A stretch of DNA of 64,000 nucleotides from Glaucostegus cemiculus (taxonomy: Eukaryota): assembly GCA_976551045.1 (NCBI GenBank), contig CDPCPM010000015.1, forward strand, positions 4,898,001-4,962,000. The letters run 5' to 3'. The notes under the pieces were generated by a model. That model was not told where the DNA came from and made no database searches. It saw only the letters and a list, made by a program, of their open reading frames with translations. Positions 40,971 to 53,799 of this stretch are shown one piece after another (within the stretch, counting starts at the first letter, position 1; the number at the start of each line of letters is the position of its first letter). The translations under genes and the position numbers were made by a program.

Positions 40971-41752
40971 GCTATGGTTTGACAATGAAGTCAGTGGGAT
41001 ATCTTGGCCCTCATGAAAATTGGTTAAGGAGGGAGACCAGAGAATCTATTGAAATTTGAGTATAGAGAAAGTAACTGAAAAGGAAAACAGGATAGCAATA
41101 GTTACATAAAATCTATAAAGAACAGAGAGTGAGAGAGAACTAGAAGAAAAACACAGCGACTTACTAACTACAGGAGTGAGACTTTAGAATTTCAATTGTT
41201 TATTTCCTTGGCTTCCAAGATGGAGTTTTATGTCAGAATCTTAACAATCACATGCACAGAAACCTTACAACATGAAATAGCATCATTAAGTGTCTATTGA
41301 CTTTCATTTACATTTGCAGTGCAAACAAAGCAATTTCTTGATTCTCGTCAGGAGGTCAACTCCAATGTTTGCAGGTTAATGGTGCAGCAGCATCATTCAG
41401 CTTGCAATATCTGGCATGAGGTATATCTATTCCATACTGCTAATTACTGATTTTTTTTATATTTATGCACTGGTAATGGCCTCTGAACATTGATTTTACA
41501 TAAATTCCTAGGCCAATTTTTATTTTGCTTCCAAACTCTGATCTAAAGCCACAACATGCAATGAAAGTTAGCACTGAGGTTATGTTCATTTCAGGCATAA
41601 GAACCTGGATAAGATGCAAAAAACAGTCAAGAGTTTATAGCCATTGTGATTCTGTTTTATTTCATTAACACTTTTTACTGTAGCTTCTCAAGTAATTCCA
41701 GCAAGAATTTTAAACCATTAGTAATTATTGAAAGGTCTCATTATTACTGGAT

Positions 41753-41971
41753 TGTAGTCGCCTGTGACGCAGGACTCGGAGAGACTCGGAGATGTGGCGA
41801 TCAGCTGAAACATGTTTTTATTAATAATACAAAATGCGCGCGCAAGAAAAAACCCTCATGGCGGAAGTGACGTCACGCCGGAAATCCCGCCTCGTGGCAT
41901 CACCGCGCGATCTTGCGTTTGTCCCACGGCCGCCGATGGCGTTTCAGGCCTCGGTAGTGCGGGTCGCTACA
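41753..41971 (-). promoter_or_regulatory. Intact 219-bp CpG-rich 3' LTR with ETS-CRE motif and polyadenylation signal
   Basis: GCGGAAGTGACGTCAC at 41861-41876; CCGGAAAT at 41878-41885; minus-strand AATAAA at 41817-41822. Confidence 0.8.
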
Positions 41972-42871
41972 CCACCCCCCCCCAGAAACGCCCATCGGGG
42001 GCACGTGGTTACCAGCCCAAAAGTCAGTCTTAGGTGGCTGCCTCGTCGGCGTGGTGACTGCATTCTGACCGGGTGCTCAATGTCCAGATGCACCGGCTTC
42101 AGGCGGTCCACCGTAAAAGTCTCCTCGCGACCCCCAACCTCTACGACATATGTTGTACCGTTGTGCCGGACCACCCAGAAAGGCCCCTTGTACAGCTTCT
42201 GCAGGGGTGACCTGTGCGCTCCCCTGCGGATGAAAACGTACTCAGAATCTCGGAGGTCCTTCAGAACCAAAGATGGCGTTGTGCCATGCTTGGAGGTCAG
42301 AATCGGTGCCAATGTCCCCACTTTGGCTTGCAGCTTCGCAAGCACCACTGCTGGAGTCCCTGCTGGGTCGTGGGATCCTGGTACGATCCAGCACCGTGAG
42401 GGGGGAAGCCATAAACCAGCTCGGCCGAGGAGGTGCCCAAATCCTCCTTGGGGGCTGTGCGGATGCCCAGCAGGTCCCAGGGGAGTTCGTCCAACCAGTT
42501 GGGCCCCTGCAGGTGAGCCATCAGGGCTGACTTGAGGTGCCGGTGGAAACGCTCCACCAAACCATTGGCCTGCGGGTGGTATGCTGTGGTGTGATGCAAT
42601 TTGGCGCCCAGGAACTGTGCCAGCGCCGTCCACAAGTTGGATGTGAACTGCGTCCCCTCTGTCGGAGGTGATGTCCGCTGGGAGGCCGAAACGGGCGATC
42701 CAGTGGGCAATAAGGGCCCTGGCGCAGGACGCAGTGGATGTGTCTGCCAGCTGCACCGCCTCTGGCCATCTAGTGAATCAGTCTATGACGGTGAAAATGT
42801 ACCTGGCGCCCTGAGACACGGGCAGCGGTCCAACGATGGTGTTTCAGGCCTCAGTAGCGCGGGTCGCTACA
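41753..42871 (-). mobile_element. Gypsy LTR retrotransposon, internally deleted (38-bp 5' LTR stub, integrase core and GPY/F region, PPT, full 3' LTR), 4-bp TSD GGAT
   Basis: TG...CA termini; ggat at 41749-41752 and 42872-42875; IVGPLP, TSDRG, TTAYHPQANGLVERFHR, YKGPF; PPT at 41972-41983. Confidence 0.95.
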
Positions 42872-45337
42872 GGATAAACATTATGTCACAATATGCTAAG
42901 ATCATTTGATATTTAACTTCACAGAAATCTAACATAATTTTAACTAGCCAATTACTAAATTGGAGTTATTCTTCTTTTGTATGTTTGAAGAAACAGTTGT
43001 GTTTGGTTTGGAGTTAGTATTTAGTCTAATGCTGAGAAAAGGAAGCTTCTCTCAGTCGTGTCACCACTAACTTTGTGGAAGGGATGATGTGGTTTACAGA
43101 CAGATCAGTGCAGCCAAGGTCAGATACTGCAGACTTCTGTACACACCATTTGTGCATCGTGGCCACAGTGACCACGTCGTGTTTAGATCTGTGGAGAAAA
43201 GCACCAGTTGAAACCACTGCCCAAAATAAACAATTAATTTATTCTCATGAATGTACCTTATTTGACTTGTAGAAAGAGACATCTTCATCAGATATGAACA
43301 TGACCTGGTTGTTGGAATCATAAATGGTGCGTACAGAATTCCGCAGGAAGTGACTGTGGCAATCTTGATCTAGCTGTACACCACCTAACAACTCTTTTAC
43401 TTTTCTCATATCCTATACATGCTTCAGTATACATCTAAAGAAAGTTTACTTTCTAAACAAGTACACAATTTTTGACCACTAAATTGATAGGTTTAATTCC
43501 CAAAGTACAAGGTCCTTCTGCACTGGTACACTAGGTTATTCCAACGTGTTTACAAGCTACGCATGGGAAGAGGTAGCTGGCATGGTGCATACCTGGACAC
43601 TGAAGATGGCTGGCATGAGAACATTTCCTTGTGGGAGATAATTCCTCAGGCTCCTTGGGCTGAAGGATAACAGCATGCTTGCTACGTGCAAATCTATAAC
43701 TTATGTCACCACAACAACTGACCAAACATCTAATAGCCTCATGGTCAATGAACATTAACCAGACTGCTAAAGAGGCCCTTTGAAGGTCCATTATCCACAA
43801 TGGGGACTAGTAGATGAATGTTGAAGGACTTGTAAGGGCCATTCTAACTATCTGAGGAAGATGAAGGTGACAAGTTCTAAAGACATCCTCACGTTTCATG
43901 AAATCTACTTTGTGTGAGGAAACAAGTGTGTCCCTATAACATAAATGGCTACAAATTGCTATCAACATTTAAAAGTAAATTCTAATGTTTGGTATTACAG
44001 AGAAGTTCAAATAGTAAAAGAGTTTTTTTGGCTTGGGAAGGAAGACAAAGCTAAATGATTGGGTTGTTCAGAAATGGAATCTGTCAGCTCCTTTATGGGA
44101 GGATCACAGCATTACAAGATTGCTTGGCTTCTATCTGTTTCTATACCTTTAAAGGGCCTTTTGACAGCATTGGCTAATGTCCATCAAACAGGAGGCCGTT
44201 TGTTGCTTTGTTAATGTTTTGAGGACATCATTTGTGGATTGTCATGTAGCAGGTGGGCCACAAACAGGACATAATACTGGAAAGCATTTTCTTTTTCACA
44301 ATTCTGCCATTGTTTCTATTAAATTAAAAGGGTGCATAGTGAAGGTGGGATGTGCATGGTGATTGCTAATATAGGCCTTTAGTTCTCTTCTCACCATTAT
44401 AGTTTGTTTTAGAACAACTTATGATGACAAGACCCTATTATTATGGTCTGCATCCAATTCTATGCTGTGTCATTGAAAGTAAAGAACCAAATCTACAAGT
44501 TCCAATGGAACAAATTCCAAGTTTGGAGTAGGAAGGGGTGGCAAAAATCAAATATCTGTTTTGTTTCTAATTTTACCAGCTCCTTGCATCTACTACCACA
44601 GTTGCCTTGCAAACATCTCAAAAAGTTTGCAAGGCTTTGCTGGTTAAAGCTGAGAGTCACCCAGGGAAAAGATGCTGATACATTGATTTAGCATGTCAGC
44701 ACCACTTGGTGAATCTGGTAAGTTTATTTTGATAACATCACTAAAAAGGACAAAGGGATCAATCCAACCATCAACTCAAAAGGTTCGTCCTGTGGGTATG
44801 GGTAACCCTGGCAAGGTAATAATTACTGCCAATTCCATGGAAGTAATAGTGAGCCTTCTCTTTGAACTGTTGATGCTCCCACAAATTAGAGAGTTTCAGG
44901 ACACTGACCTAGCAGCAGTCAAACAATGACTAGGTCCTCATTGAGATAGACCTTAAAATGTGGAAGGAGATTTTGAAGGGGATGGCATTGCCATGGTAGT
45001 GATTTTTTTCCTCTTCTCAGTAATAACTGATTAAGACAAAGGGCAGCGGTTACAATCAAGGGTGGAAGTAGAGTCCAGAGCCAAAAAACATTAACTTGCA
45101 AATTATTCCCTCTCACGTAATGCTGAGCCTTGAATGCTCTTGTGGCTTCACGTGCCTGGACAAGTGCAGAATTTGCCATTACACTTCCAACGAGCTTTGC
45201 TGAGGATCTGCATGATTCGAGAGGGTTGATGGCAATTCAATTGTTGTGTATTGCCAAGCTACAGTCTTACTTGCAATCAAATTGTTGATGCGGTTGATCC
45301 TTTGGGTTAATGGTGCCCTTGCCCACTCCCTATCATG

Positions 45338-45374
45338 CCCCAACCACCCCCACCCCACCCTACCCTACCCTCCC
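45338..45374 (-). other. G-quadruplex-forming motif on the transcript-sense strand
   Basis: GGGAGGGTAGGGTAGGGTGGGGTGGGGGTGGTTGGGG, seven runs of three or more G. Confidence 0.75.
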
Positions 45375-46829
45375 AAGCAAGCAAATGTAGTGCAACTGAA
45401 GTGGTAGGTGGTGGGGGCCTCCCATTTTGGGAGGGTCACTACCTTGTACAATTGTTGACTATTACTTAATAAGCCAAAGAATGTGTGCTTTCTAATGTCT
45501 GACACTGGCAATGAGCTTTAAATTATTGGAGCTGTTGTGAACAGAATTAAAATATAGGATTTTAAGTGAATAACCCCTTTTCTACCTTATAACAGAGAAA
45601 AGACAGTGATCAAACAGCCAAGGATGCTTGAGTTGAAGACAATTCTGAGGAGCTCCTGCAGTAATGTCCTGAGATTATATTAATCAGGGAATATTCTCCC
45701 CGACCCCCCACACTCTGTTGTGTTGAATTCCAAGCATTGTAGGTCTTTTCCCAACACCCCCCCCCCCATTGTGGTTACTCAATGACAGATTCGGTTCACT
45801 GCTGTTGAGAATTTTTTTTTTACAAACAGGACTAAGACCAGAAAGGAGCGGAGGTGAAGATCAGTACTCGAGTTCTGACGTCTGCACTGCTGCTCATGAC
45901 AATTCATTGAAAAGCTCAATGGCAATATTAATAATTCACAACTGCTTAAAAAATAGATTGCTATTTTTAAGAAGAAAGTCAGACTTTGGTTTCCAATTTA
46001 CATTCTAAAAAGTTCCAGACAACCAACTGAGAAAAAATTGATTGGCAGAATGATTTAATCCTAATCTGCAGCATCAGAAAACTGTATTTAAATTCCACTG
46101 TCACATAATAAAACTCAGTTTGCTTCTGTTATTTCAGTTGTATGTAAAATTTTGCATAAAAAATGTCCAAATTAAATAAAAGTTCAGGAGCCATTTTCTG
46201 TTGTTGCAGGTTTTCATTCCAAATCAAATAGCCTGAATGACATTACTAAATTACAAGTAGTAGATGGATTTCTGCAAACACAGCAGAGCAGCAAGGAGAA
46301 TGGAGAAACGTACCCATTTCGATTAAATTCCAGCATTCACACTTGGGCTTAAGGCACAAATCCGAGTACATCACCTATTGTTTATGCCCCACCCTCTATT
46401 GATCATTTTATATCAAAAAGCACATCCCCTGCTCTTGACCCTGGTCAGTACAACCAGAATCATTTCAAAACTCCAATCGGTGCAAACGAGAAAGATAACC
46501 CAGCCAAAGTCCCCACATACGTGACCATTACCATAGAGTTCATGTGGACTGGACCACAGTTTGACAGCCAACCAGCTGCCACTCACTTTCTACATTTGCA
46601 CATGAAGAGGTATTGAGGTAGATATGTAGTGTTCTTGCTTATGCACCCCTTACTGTGGCAAGGGTCAGTGGATTCCAGAATCATAGATCGCGAACAGTGA
46701 ATTTCATAAAAGTTAATATCTCAACAAACATCTGGGGATTGGTGTCTAAGTCAGAGAGATAGAGTTATCTGCCTTGGCTACTCCAAAAGGCACCTCCCAA
46801 GAATTACAAAGGAGCAACCTCAGGGGAAT

Positions 46830-47185
46830 AATATTAATTGAAGTTTCCCATCCAAATCAATCATCATCTGGTTTGCAGCAAATGGAGTAACTCAGTGCCT
46901 TTCCATATCTTGAATGGTCATGGGCAAGGGCATTCCCATGAGTTGGTGTTACAAATTTTCCAACGAGACTTTGGGAACCTGCTTGGAACCTCCTTTGCCA
47001 ATAATGGAGCTTGGAATAAAATTCTTGTTTCAGGACCCTGGTGTCAGGGATGTTAGTCTGGGACATAACCCATTGATTTGTTTATCTTGTTAATAGATGG
47101 AGGATTTTGTGGAGATGATATTGGTGAAACTTCTCCATTGATTTAAGGTGTGGATTACAAGTTGTCTATATCTCCAAAGCCTACA
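46830..47185 (-). mobile_element. RTE-clade LINE C-terminal remnant
   Basis: E.*TT...HLKSMEKFHQ..LHKIL and PDTRVLKQ.FYSKL resemble RTE ETWT..RHLK.LE.FHQRCLRKIL and MPDTRLPKQ..YSEL. Confidence 0.7.
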
Positions 47186-47254
47186 AGAGAGCAGGGATTA
47201 GTAATGGATGGTAGACTTTGGTGCTGGGTTTGAGATTTTGGTCTTTTCCACAGC

Positions 47255-47975
47255 AACAGAAATGTTGGTAGAACTCAGCCTGTCAAGCAGCATCTGTGGA
47301 AAGAGAAACTTGTTGTTAATTCAGGTCAAAGCCCCCTGATCAAAACTGAGAGAGAGAGGGAAAGCAAGTTGGCCTAAGCAGCAGAGAAGATAGAGGAGGA
47401 CAATGGGTGGAACAAAGGTAATGTCTGTAATAGGGTGAAATGATGCAGCCATTGAATGTTACGCTCCTTTGTTTGTGTAAAGTATTGCTAATGTTGCAAG
47501 GTCTGGGTGATGAACAAGCCAAAATGAAAAAAAAGGGAGAAGAACACCAAGCACCAATGGTGAGTCCTGATACAAACAGAGAAAGAGCAAGTTATCTGAA
47601 GCTGGAGCATTCAATATCGAGTTCTGCAGGCTGCAACTTGCCCAGACAAAATATGAAGTGTTGTTCCTAGAGTTTACATTGAGCCTTGTAACAGTGCAGA
47701 ATGCCACAGACAGAAATGTTCAGAATGGAAATCGATGGTGAATTAAAATGGCAGGCAAGTGGAAGTTCAGGGTTACACCTGTGGACTGAGCACGAGAGCT
47801 ATGCAAAGCAATCACCCCGCATGCAGTTTAGAGGAGGCCACATTGTGAGCACCAAATACAATAGGACTGCATTGGAGGGAGGGCAAGAGAATCACTGCCT
47901 TACCTGGAATCATTGTTTGGATCTCTGAATGGTGGGAAGAAGAGGAGATGAATGGACAGGTTTTGTATCTCCTCA
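47255..47975 (-). mobile_element. Penelope-like element 3' portion
   Basis: terminus aaatgttgg..actcagc..gtcaagcagcatctgtggaaagagaaac; minus-strand EQHFIFCLG.LQP. Confidence 0.7.
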
Positions 47976-48821
47976 GTTTTCCATCTGTCCTCTACTTGAA
48001 TTCCATTCCAGGATGTTAGCAACAAGGAAGATTAGAGAGACATTTGGTGCAATGACACAGTCTTGTTGACCTCAGTCTGTTCTGTGATTGAGTTCATGGT
48101 GAAATAGTTGTTTAGAATCTGTTTGCTTGTCATTGTGTAGCAGACAGAACGGTAACAGATTTCTAAGGGCAGCCAAATTTGAAAAAAAATTCTCCATAAT
48201 CCCTCTCAGTCAAAGGAGACAGTTTTTTTTTGAGGTCACAAAAGGCCATGTATGACAATTGGTACTGCGCACTACATCTTTCTCAGTGGCCACAAGGTAT
48301 GAATCATATCCATTGTAGCTCAATGGATAAAATCAGCATCAATATTGCACAAAGGTGCAGAAAGAACACAGCAACAGTATGAATTACACCACTATTAAGT
48401 AATTACATGACCAACTATACCTACAACACATAACTTGTTATCAGTTACACCAACCCTACAGTAGCTACTGCAGGGTTGGGATATTCTGGGTTCAAGTCTT
48501 ACTCTAGAAAGACAGCACAAAAATCTAGGTAGCACTGAGAGTGTGTTGCATTGCCAGAAATGCAGTTTTTTTTTTAAAGATGAGACGTTAATTTGAAATC
48601 CTGCTTGTTCCCTCTGGTGGATACAAAATTAAATCTAATGACACTACTTCAGAAACAAAGGAATCACCCTTGGTGTCTAGACTAACTTTTATTCCCTCAA
48701 TCTACATAACTGAAAAAAAGTTAACTGGTTATTATATCGCTGTCTATGCGAGTTTGCTGTGCATAAGTTAGTATCACATCTCTTGCATTTTAGCTGTGAT
48801 TATACTTCATAAACCAATACT

Positions 48822-49487
48822 TCACCACAAATAGCCTGTCATGGTCCAACCACGTAGATGCCATGGCCAAGAAAGCTCACCAGTACCTTTATTTCCTCAA
48901 GAGGCTTCCTCATGTCCCCTTTGGCCCTCACCAATGTTTTAATTGATGCACCATAGAAAGCATCCAATCCAGATGCATCATGGCTTGGCATGGCAACTGC
49001 TCTGCCCAGGACCGCAAGAGGGGGTTGTGAACACAGCTCAGCATATCACGGAAACCAGCCTCTCCTCCATGGGCTCTGTCTAAACCTCTCGCTGCCTCAG
49101 TAAAGCAGCCAGCATAATCAAAGACCCCACCCACCCCAGACATTCTCTTTTCTCCCCCCTCCTATCAGGCAGAAGATAGAAAAGCCTGAAAGCACGTACC
49201 ACCAGGCTCAAGGACAGCTTCTATCCCACTGTTACAAGCCTATTGAATGGTTCCCTAATATGATAAGACGGAAATTGACCTCACAATCTACCTCTATGAC
49301 CTTGCACCTTATTGGCTGCCAGCACTGGACATTCTTTATAACTGTAATACTTTATTCTGCATTCTGTTATTGTTTAACCTTGTACAACCTCAACGCACTG
49401 TGTAATGAATTGATCTATACGAACAGTATGCAAGACAAGTTTTTCACTGTACCTTGATACATGTGACAATAATAAACTAATTTACCA
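48822..49487 (+). mobile_element. Rex1/Babar-type LINE, 5' truncated
   Basis: AMAKKAHQ.LYFL, CTIESI.S.CIMAW.GNCSAQDRK, IIKDPTHP.HSLFSPL.SGRR, ARTTRLKDSFYP; gtgacaataataaa tail. Confidence 0.9.
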
Positions 49488-49642
49488 AATACTCTGACAA
49501 TTAGAAGATTTTTGAATAACAAAGTTCTGAAGATAAATTACATTTAAAGTCCCAACGAACCAAACATTCAGAGAGGTTTGCCAAAGCATCACCAACACTG
49601 TAGGAAACTGTTTCAGAAGCAAAACAGTGAGGAATTTGGGAA

Positions 49643-49803
49643 TAACACACAAAATACTGGAGGAATTCAGTGGGTCAAGCAGTATTTATGGAGGGAAATA
49701 GACAGTTAACATTCATTTCCCTCTGTAGAATGCTGCGTGACCTGCTGAATTCCTCCAACACTTTGGCTGTTGTTCCAGATTTCAGCATCTGCAGTCTTTT
49801 GTA
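49643..49803. mobile_element. Collapsed pair of inverted Penelope termini forming an imperfect hairpin
   Basis: 49658-49699 pairs with 49715-49757. Confidence 0.75.
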
Positions 49804-52004
49804 TCTTCATGAATTTGGGAATTTGTGCCTCAACCCTAGAAGGCACCAAATCTCATTGGAATCAATGGGAGGTGCAATTCATTTCGTAGCTTTTCTTTTT
49901 GCTGATTTAGATACACTCTAACCATTGTGTACATGACAATCACATCTAATATTGGCACCAGTCAACTCAGTAGGCGTCACTGGAAGACTTGGAAAAACTT
50001 AGGCCTCTAATTGTACCCATTCTACAGATGATATGATCTATCTAAATTCACTGGAGTACAGCCAATGGGACAAGAGACCGGAAGACAGCAGTAAATATTA
50101 TTATTTTTATCTGTAATTTCGGCTTGGGTCAAAGGTAACACTCTTGCATTTGAACCAGAAAGTTATTGGTTCAAACACACTCCTTGGCACTTGGAGTGAT
50201 AATCCAGCCTGATGGTTTAAAGCAGTACTGAGGGAATGCCACATTGCAAGAGAAGCATCTTGCACATGAGTAATTAAACCAAGGTCCAATCTTCTTGTGA
50301 AGTGGATGCAAAATATTCTATAGCTCTATTCACAGAGCCAATGTCCTGGCCAACATTTATCCCTTAATTACCAATATCAAAAACATTAATTTATTTTGTA
50401 TTATTGACAGGACCTGGTGTGAATGTTGAGTGGCATATTTCCCTCTGTCAATGGGGAATATACTTCAAAAAGTTCTCAACTTGCCACAAAACTCCCTAGG
50501 ACAAGATCATAATTGGCAATAAAATAAATGCTTGTGTTTTTTGATTCACAAAGGACTACATTAGAGAGCTGTGTATGGAATTCATCCACCAAATTTATAT
50601 TGATCCAAATTTTTGGTTCATTAATGTTAATGTCCTCTCTGGCAAATTCTGCAAATCTATTAAATCAAGTCAGCAGTCAAACCACCTCGACAGTCCACGA
50701 ACTCTAAATCAGTTCAATCTTACACGGAGGATTTGGGGAAAGAAAATATACAGCACAGCAAGAGACCATTCAGACTATTGTGCCCATGTCAACTCTCTGA
50801 GAGAGCAAACAAGTTAGACCCATTCAAATGTACAATTTCACCAGCAACTGAGGGTTCCATTGCAGGTAAAAATGATGAGGCAGTGTTTTCTTCATTTATC
50901 AATTATTTAGTGGCAGAATTGGACCAAAAATGTTTTTAATTGCTCACTATTCTTGTATATTTGCTGAGGATCACTGGCACAGATAGCTGCTCTGTTAGCT
51001 CACATACCAAGTGATTGTACTTCAAGGTAATTCATTATCCCTTTTATGGGGTACTTTGAATGTTTTGAAATGGTAAGGTCCTCTATAAATAGGGCCATAA
51101 ACTGTAACTTGCACAGCACAAAGGCCTACACAGATGAGAATGGCAAACGATGTAGTCTGACATTTTAAACAGGGCTTCATTGGATGGTTTGGAAAATGAC
51201 ATCATTATTCTTGTAGAACTTCAAACTCAGGCCAATAAGCTGAGAGTGCAGTCTTGTTTTCACTTCCATTATTGATCTCTAATTTTGATGGATTGGGTCC
51301 AGCTCTAAATACTGACATCACTTCACAGCGACTTAACTGAACATCAGCACACAAATACTTCCCATTAAAGCATATTCTCTTAAATCAAGAAACAGAAGAG
51401 GTCATTCCTCAAAGTGGATCAAGCAGGAAAAAATAATTAAGGAAGACTTGGTAACTTAAAGTTAATGCCAAATTTGAAATGTATAATGCTGTAAATTGTG
51501 GAGTCAAATACTTCCAGTGTCCTGAGAAATTATACTGAACAGCAAACTATGATTTTAATATACTAACAGGCAGAAGCTGCAAGAATAAGAAGGGTAGGTG
51601 GAGTACTTGGAACTCAGAAAACAAGAGACACAAAGTTCAGAGGTACATTTATCATCAGATAGCAAAAAGTCAGAAAATGCTGTTGATCTTAAGCAGGTCG
51701 AGGAGTGATTTCATGAATCCCAAGGTGGCACAGTGTACTGGTGCTTTAAATTACAATCCCATCTGGACTACATTAGAGATTTGGCCAGACATTCTCACAT
51801 GCCTCACTGTTCTGAGAGAGCAGGAATCTAAAACTCACCACTGAGTACATCTCTAATTTTGTACCGAGTTTAGTAACCCTCAATGAAATTAACCTGTAGC
51901 CCAGCTGTCAGGATGACAAAAGGATGAATATATTTTTTCTCGTCACACCCTCTGCAAAATACATCTCCAATCATTTTCCCACATAATGGATACTTGAGAA
52001 GAAA

Positions 52005-52875
52005 AATGAAATCAGAAAATACTAGTTGTATTCAGCAGGCTAAGACTTACTGGTCAAGAAATGAACTTCATATTAATGATCTTTCATCAGGACTTGGAAA
52101 AAGTTAGATGTACAAGTCTTAAGATGCAGAGAAAAATAAAAGTTTAGTAGCAGTGATGCAAAGAAGAAATTACATGGTCTACGATGGAACAGAAGGTAGT
52201 GAAATTAGATATCAAAAGGGATAAAAATGCAAAGTGAGGAGGTCACAGGCAGATAAAATCCAAAACAAAAATGAGCCTAGAAGAGAAACAAACTGAACAG
52301 CAGAACCATTATCTAAACTTCAAGCTTAACATTGAGTTTGGAAGGCTATAAATGTGATTAATCAAGAGGAAGGGCTACTCTTCAAGTTTACACTGGAGTA
52401 GAATGGGAGGTAGAGGTCAGAGTTGGAGTGGGACAGAGAATGCAACTGGCAAGCAACTTGAAGCTTGGGATCACATTTACAAACAGAGCTGTTCTGAAAA
52501 AGAGGTCACACACTTTGCAATTGGTCTTCTGTGCAGAGGAGGCTGCATCATAAGCAAGGAATATATAATGCTATAATATAAACTGGTACAAGTAAATTGG
52601 TTCTTCAAGTGGAAAATGGCATTGTGTACACTTTTTCCAAATCCACCTTTTGTTCGGTTCCTTTTGCAATTCAGTTTTGGTTTCCACCAGCATTCCTTTT
52701 TATCATTTTATCTTTCCTGCCCTCTACCCAATCACAGTCCTTTCCTTTTATTATTTCCTCTCCTCCCATTTTAAAAATTATCTTAACTAAATTATTTACC
52801 AGTCCTGATGAAGTGTTAATATTGTTCTCAGATGCTGTCAGATCTGCTGAGTATTTCTGGCATTTGCCACTTTGG
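52005..52875. mobile_element. Penelope-like element with inverted termini
   Basis: minus-strand terminus at about 52010-52095; plus-strand terminus cctgatgaag..gatgctgtcagatctgctgagtatttctggc at about 52804-52865. Confidence 0.65.
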
Positions 52876-53799
52876 ATTTCCATTCTGAGGCTTCAACACT
52901 ATTTAAATCTAGTGCTGATGGCACTGCAGAGCTTGAGTGTCTGATTTAATCAAAAACACCACTGGATTAATTCTATTCTTTTCCTCCACCCTTCAAGTAA
53001 AATGGTGAAGTAGTCATGGTGTGGACACTAAGTGACCAACCGTTTTTAAGACAGACCCAAGGGATATAAGCATAGTAGGAAGGCTTGAGTGGAAGAGCTG
53101 CTTCTCAACCTGCTTGAGGATCCGCCACCCATAGAAGACACCTCTAGGGCTGTCCCCAAGCTAAATGTGCTTTCATTTTCTATCAAGAACGAAAAGAATG
53201 AAGAATGAAGGATGTACAACCAAACAGGGTCTGGGTTGGAACAGTAATCAGATAAAATAATCTGTAAAATGCAAGATCTGTAAAATGGGTAACATTAATG
53301 GGTAACATCAATCATAATCTAGCACTACATTGTTTAGAGTTTATTGTCCCTGGTGTGCCCAACAATGGTCCTCCCCGAAACAATTTGATCTAATTTCACT
53401 CCTCCCCACCACCCCCTGCCCCCCGTGCTCTGAAAGAAAAGTTGCACAAGGAATGATGTGATCCCATTTGTGGATAAAATGGATATTGCATTAAGTGCAG
53501 AAGGGTAAATTGTGCTCGTAAGAGACCCACTGAATTTCTCAAACAGAATAATTCAACCCAAAAATGGTTACAATAGTGTTCCATTCAGAGGGAAGAAAAG
53601 TGCAGTTAAAAACAGTGCTAAGAATCCAGATTTTTAGGTTAGTGTAGCTTAAGAGTTGATTTTGCAACTTCATTATTAAGGCAGAAGTATATGATGCAAT
53701 TTTGGAGCTTCTTAAAACAATATTGGATAATGAATGTATAGGACCCACTGAGGAACAACTCCAATGTTTCTGCATTAACTCAAATAATGAAAATCTTAC

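Noticed and set aside
41834-42535. 233-aa plus-strand ORF as a nested gene
   Set aside because: Antisense shadow of the GC-rich Gypsy integrase, with no recognisable domain.
41944-42756. 270-aa ORF as an intact or domesticated integrase
   Set aside because: It is a chimera of two compensating frameshifts. The core (TTAYHPQANGLVER) lies in another frame, an upstream TGA is present, and the first catalytic Asp is deleted.
46857-47182. Possible extra ABCA exon (good minus-strand acceptor near 47181)
   Set aside because: Stops occur in all three frames, and the peptide remnants match an RTE LINE.
51838-51955. Exon-like segment bounded by ttttgcag and gtgagt
   Set aside because: Stops occur in all frames, and the ABCA exon chain is complete without it.
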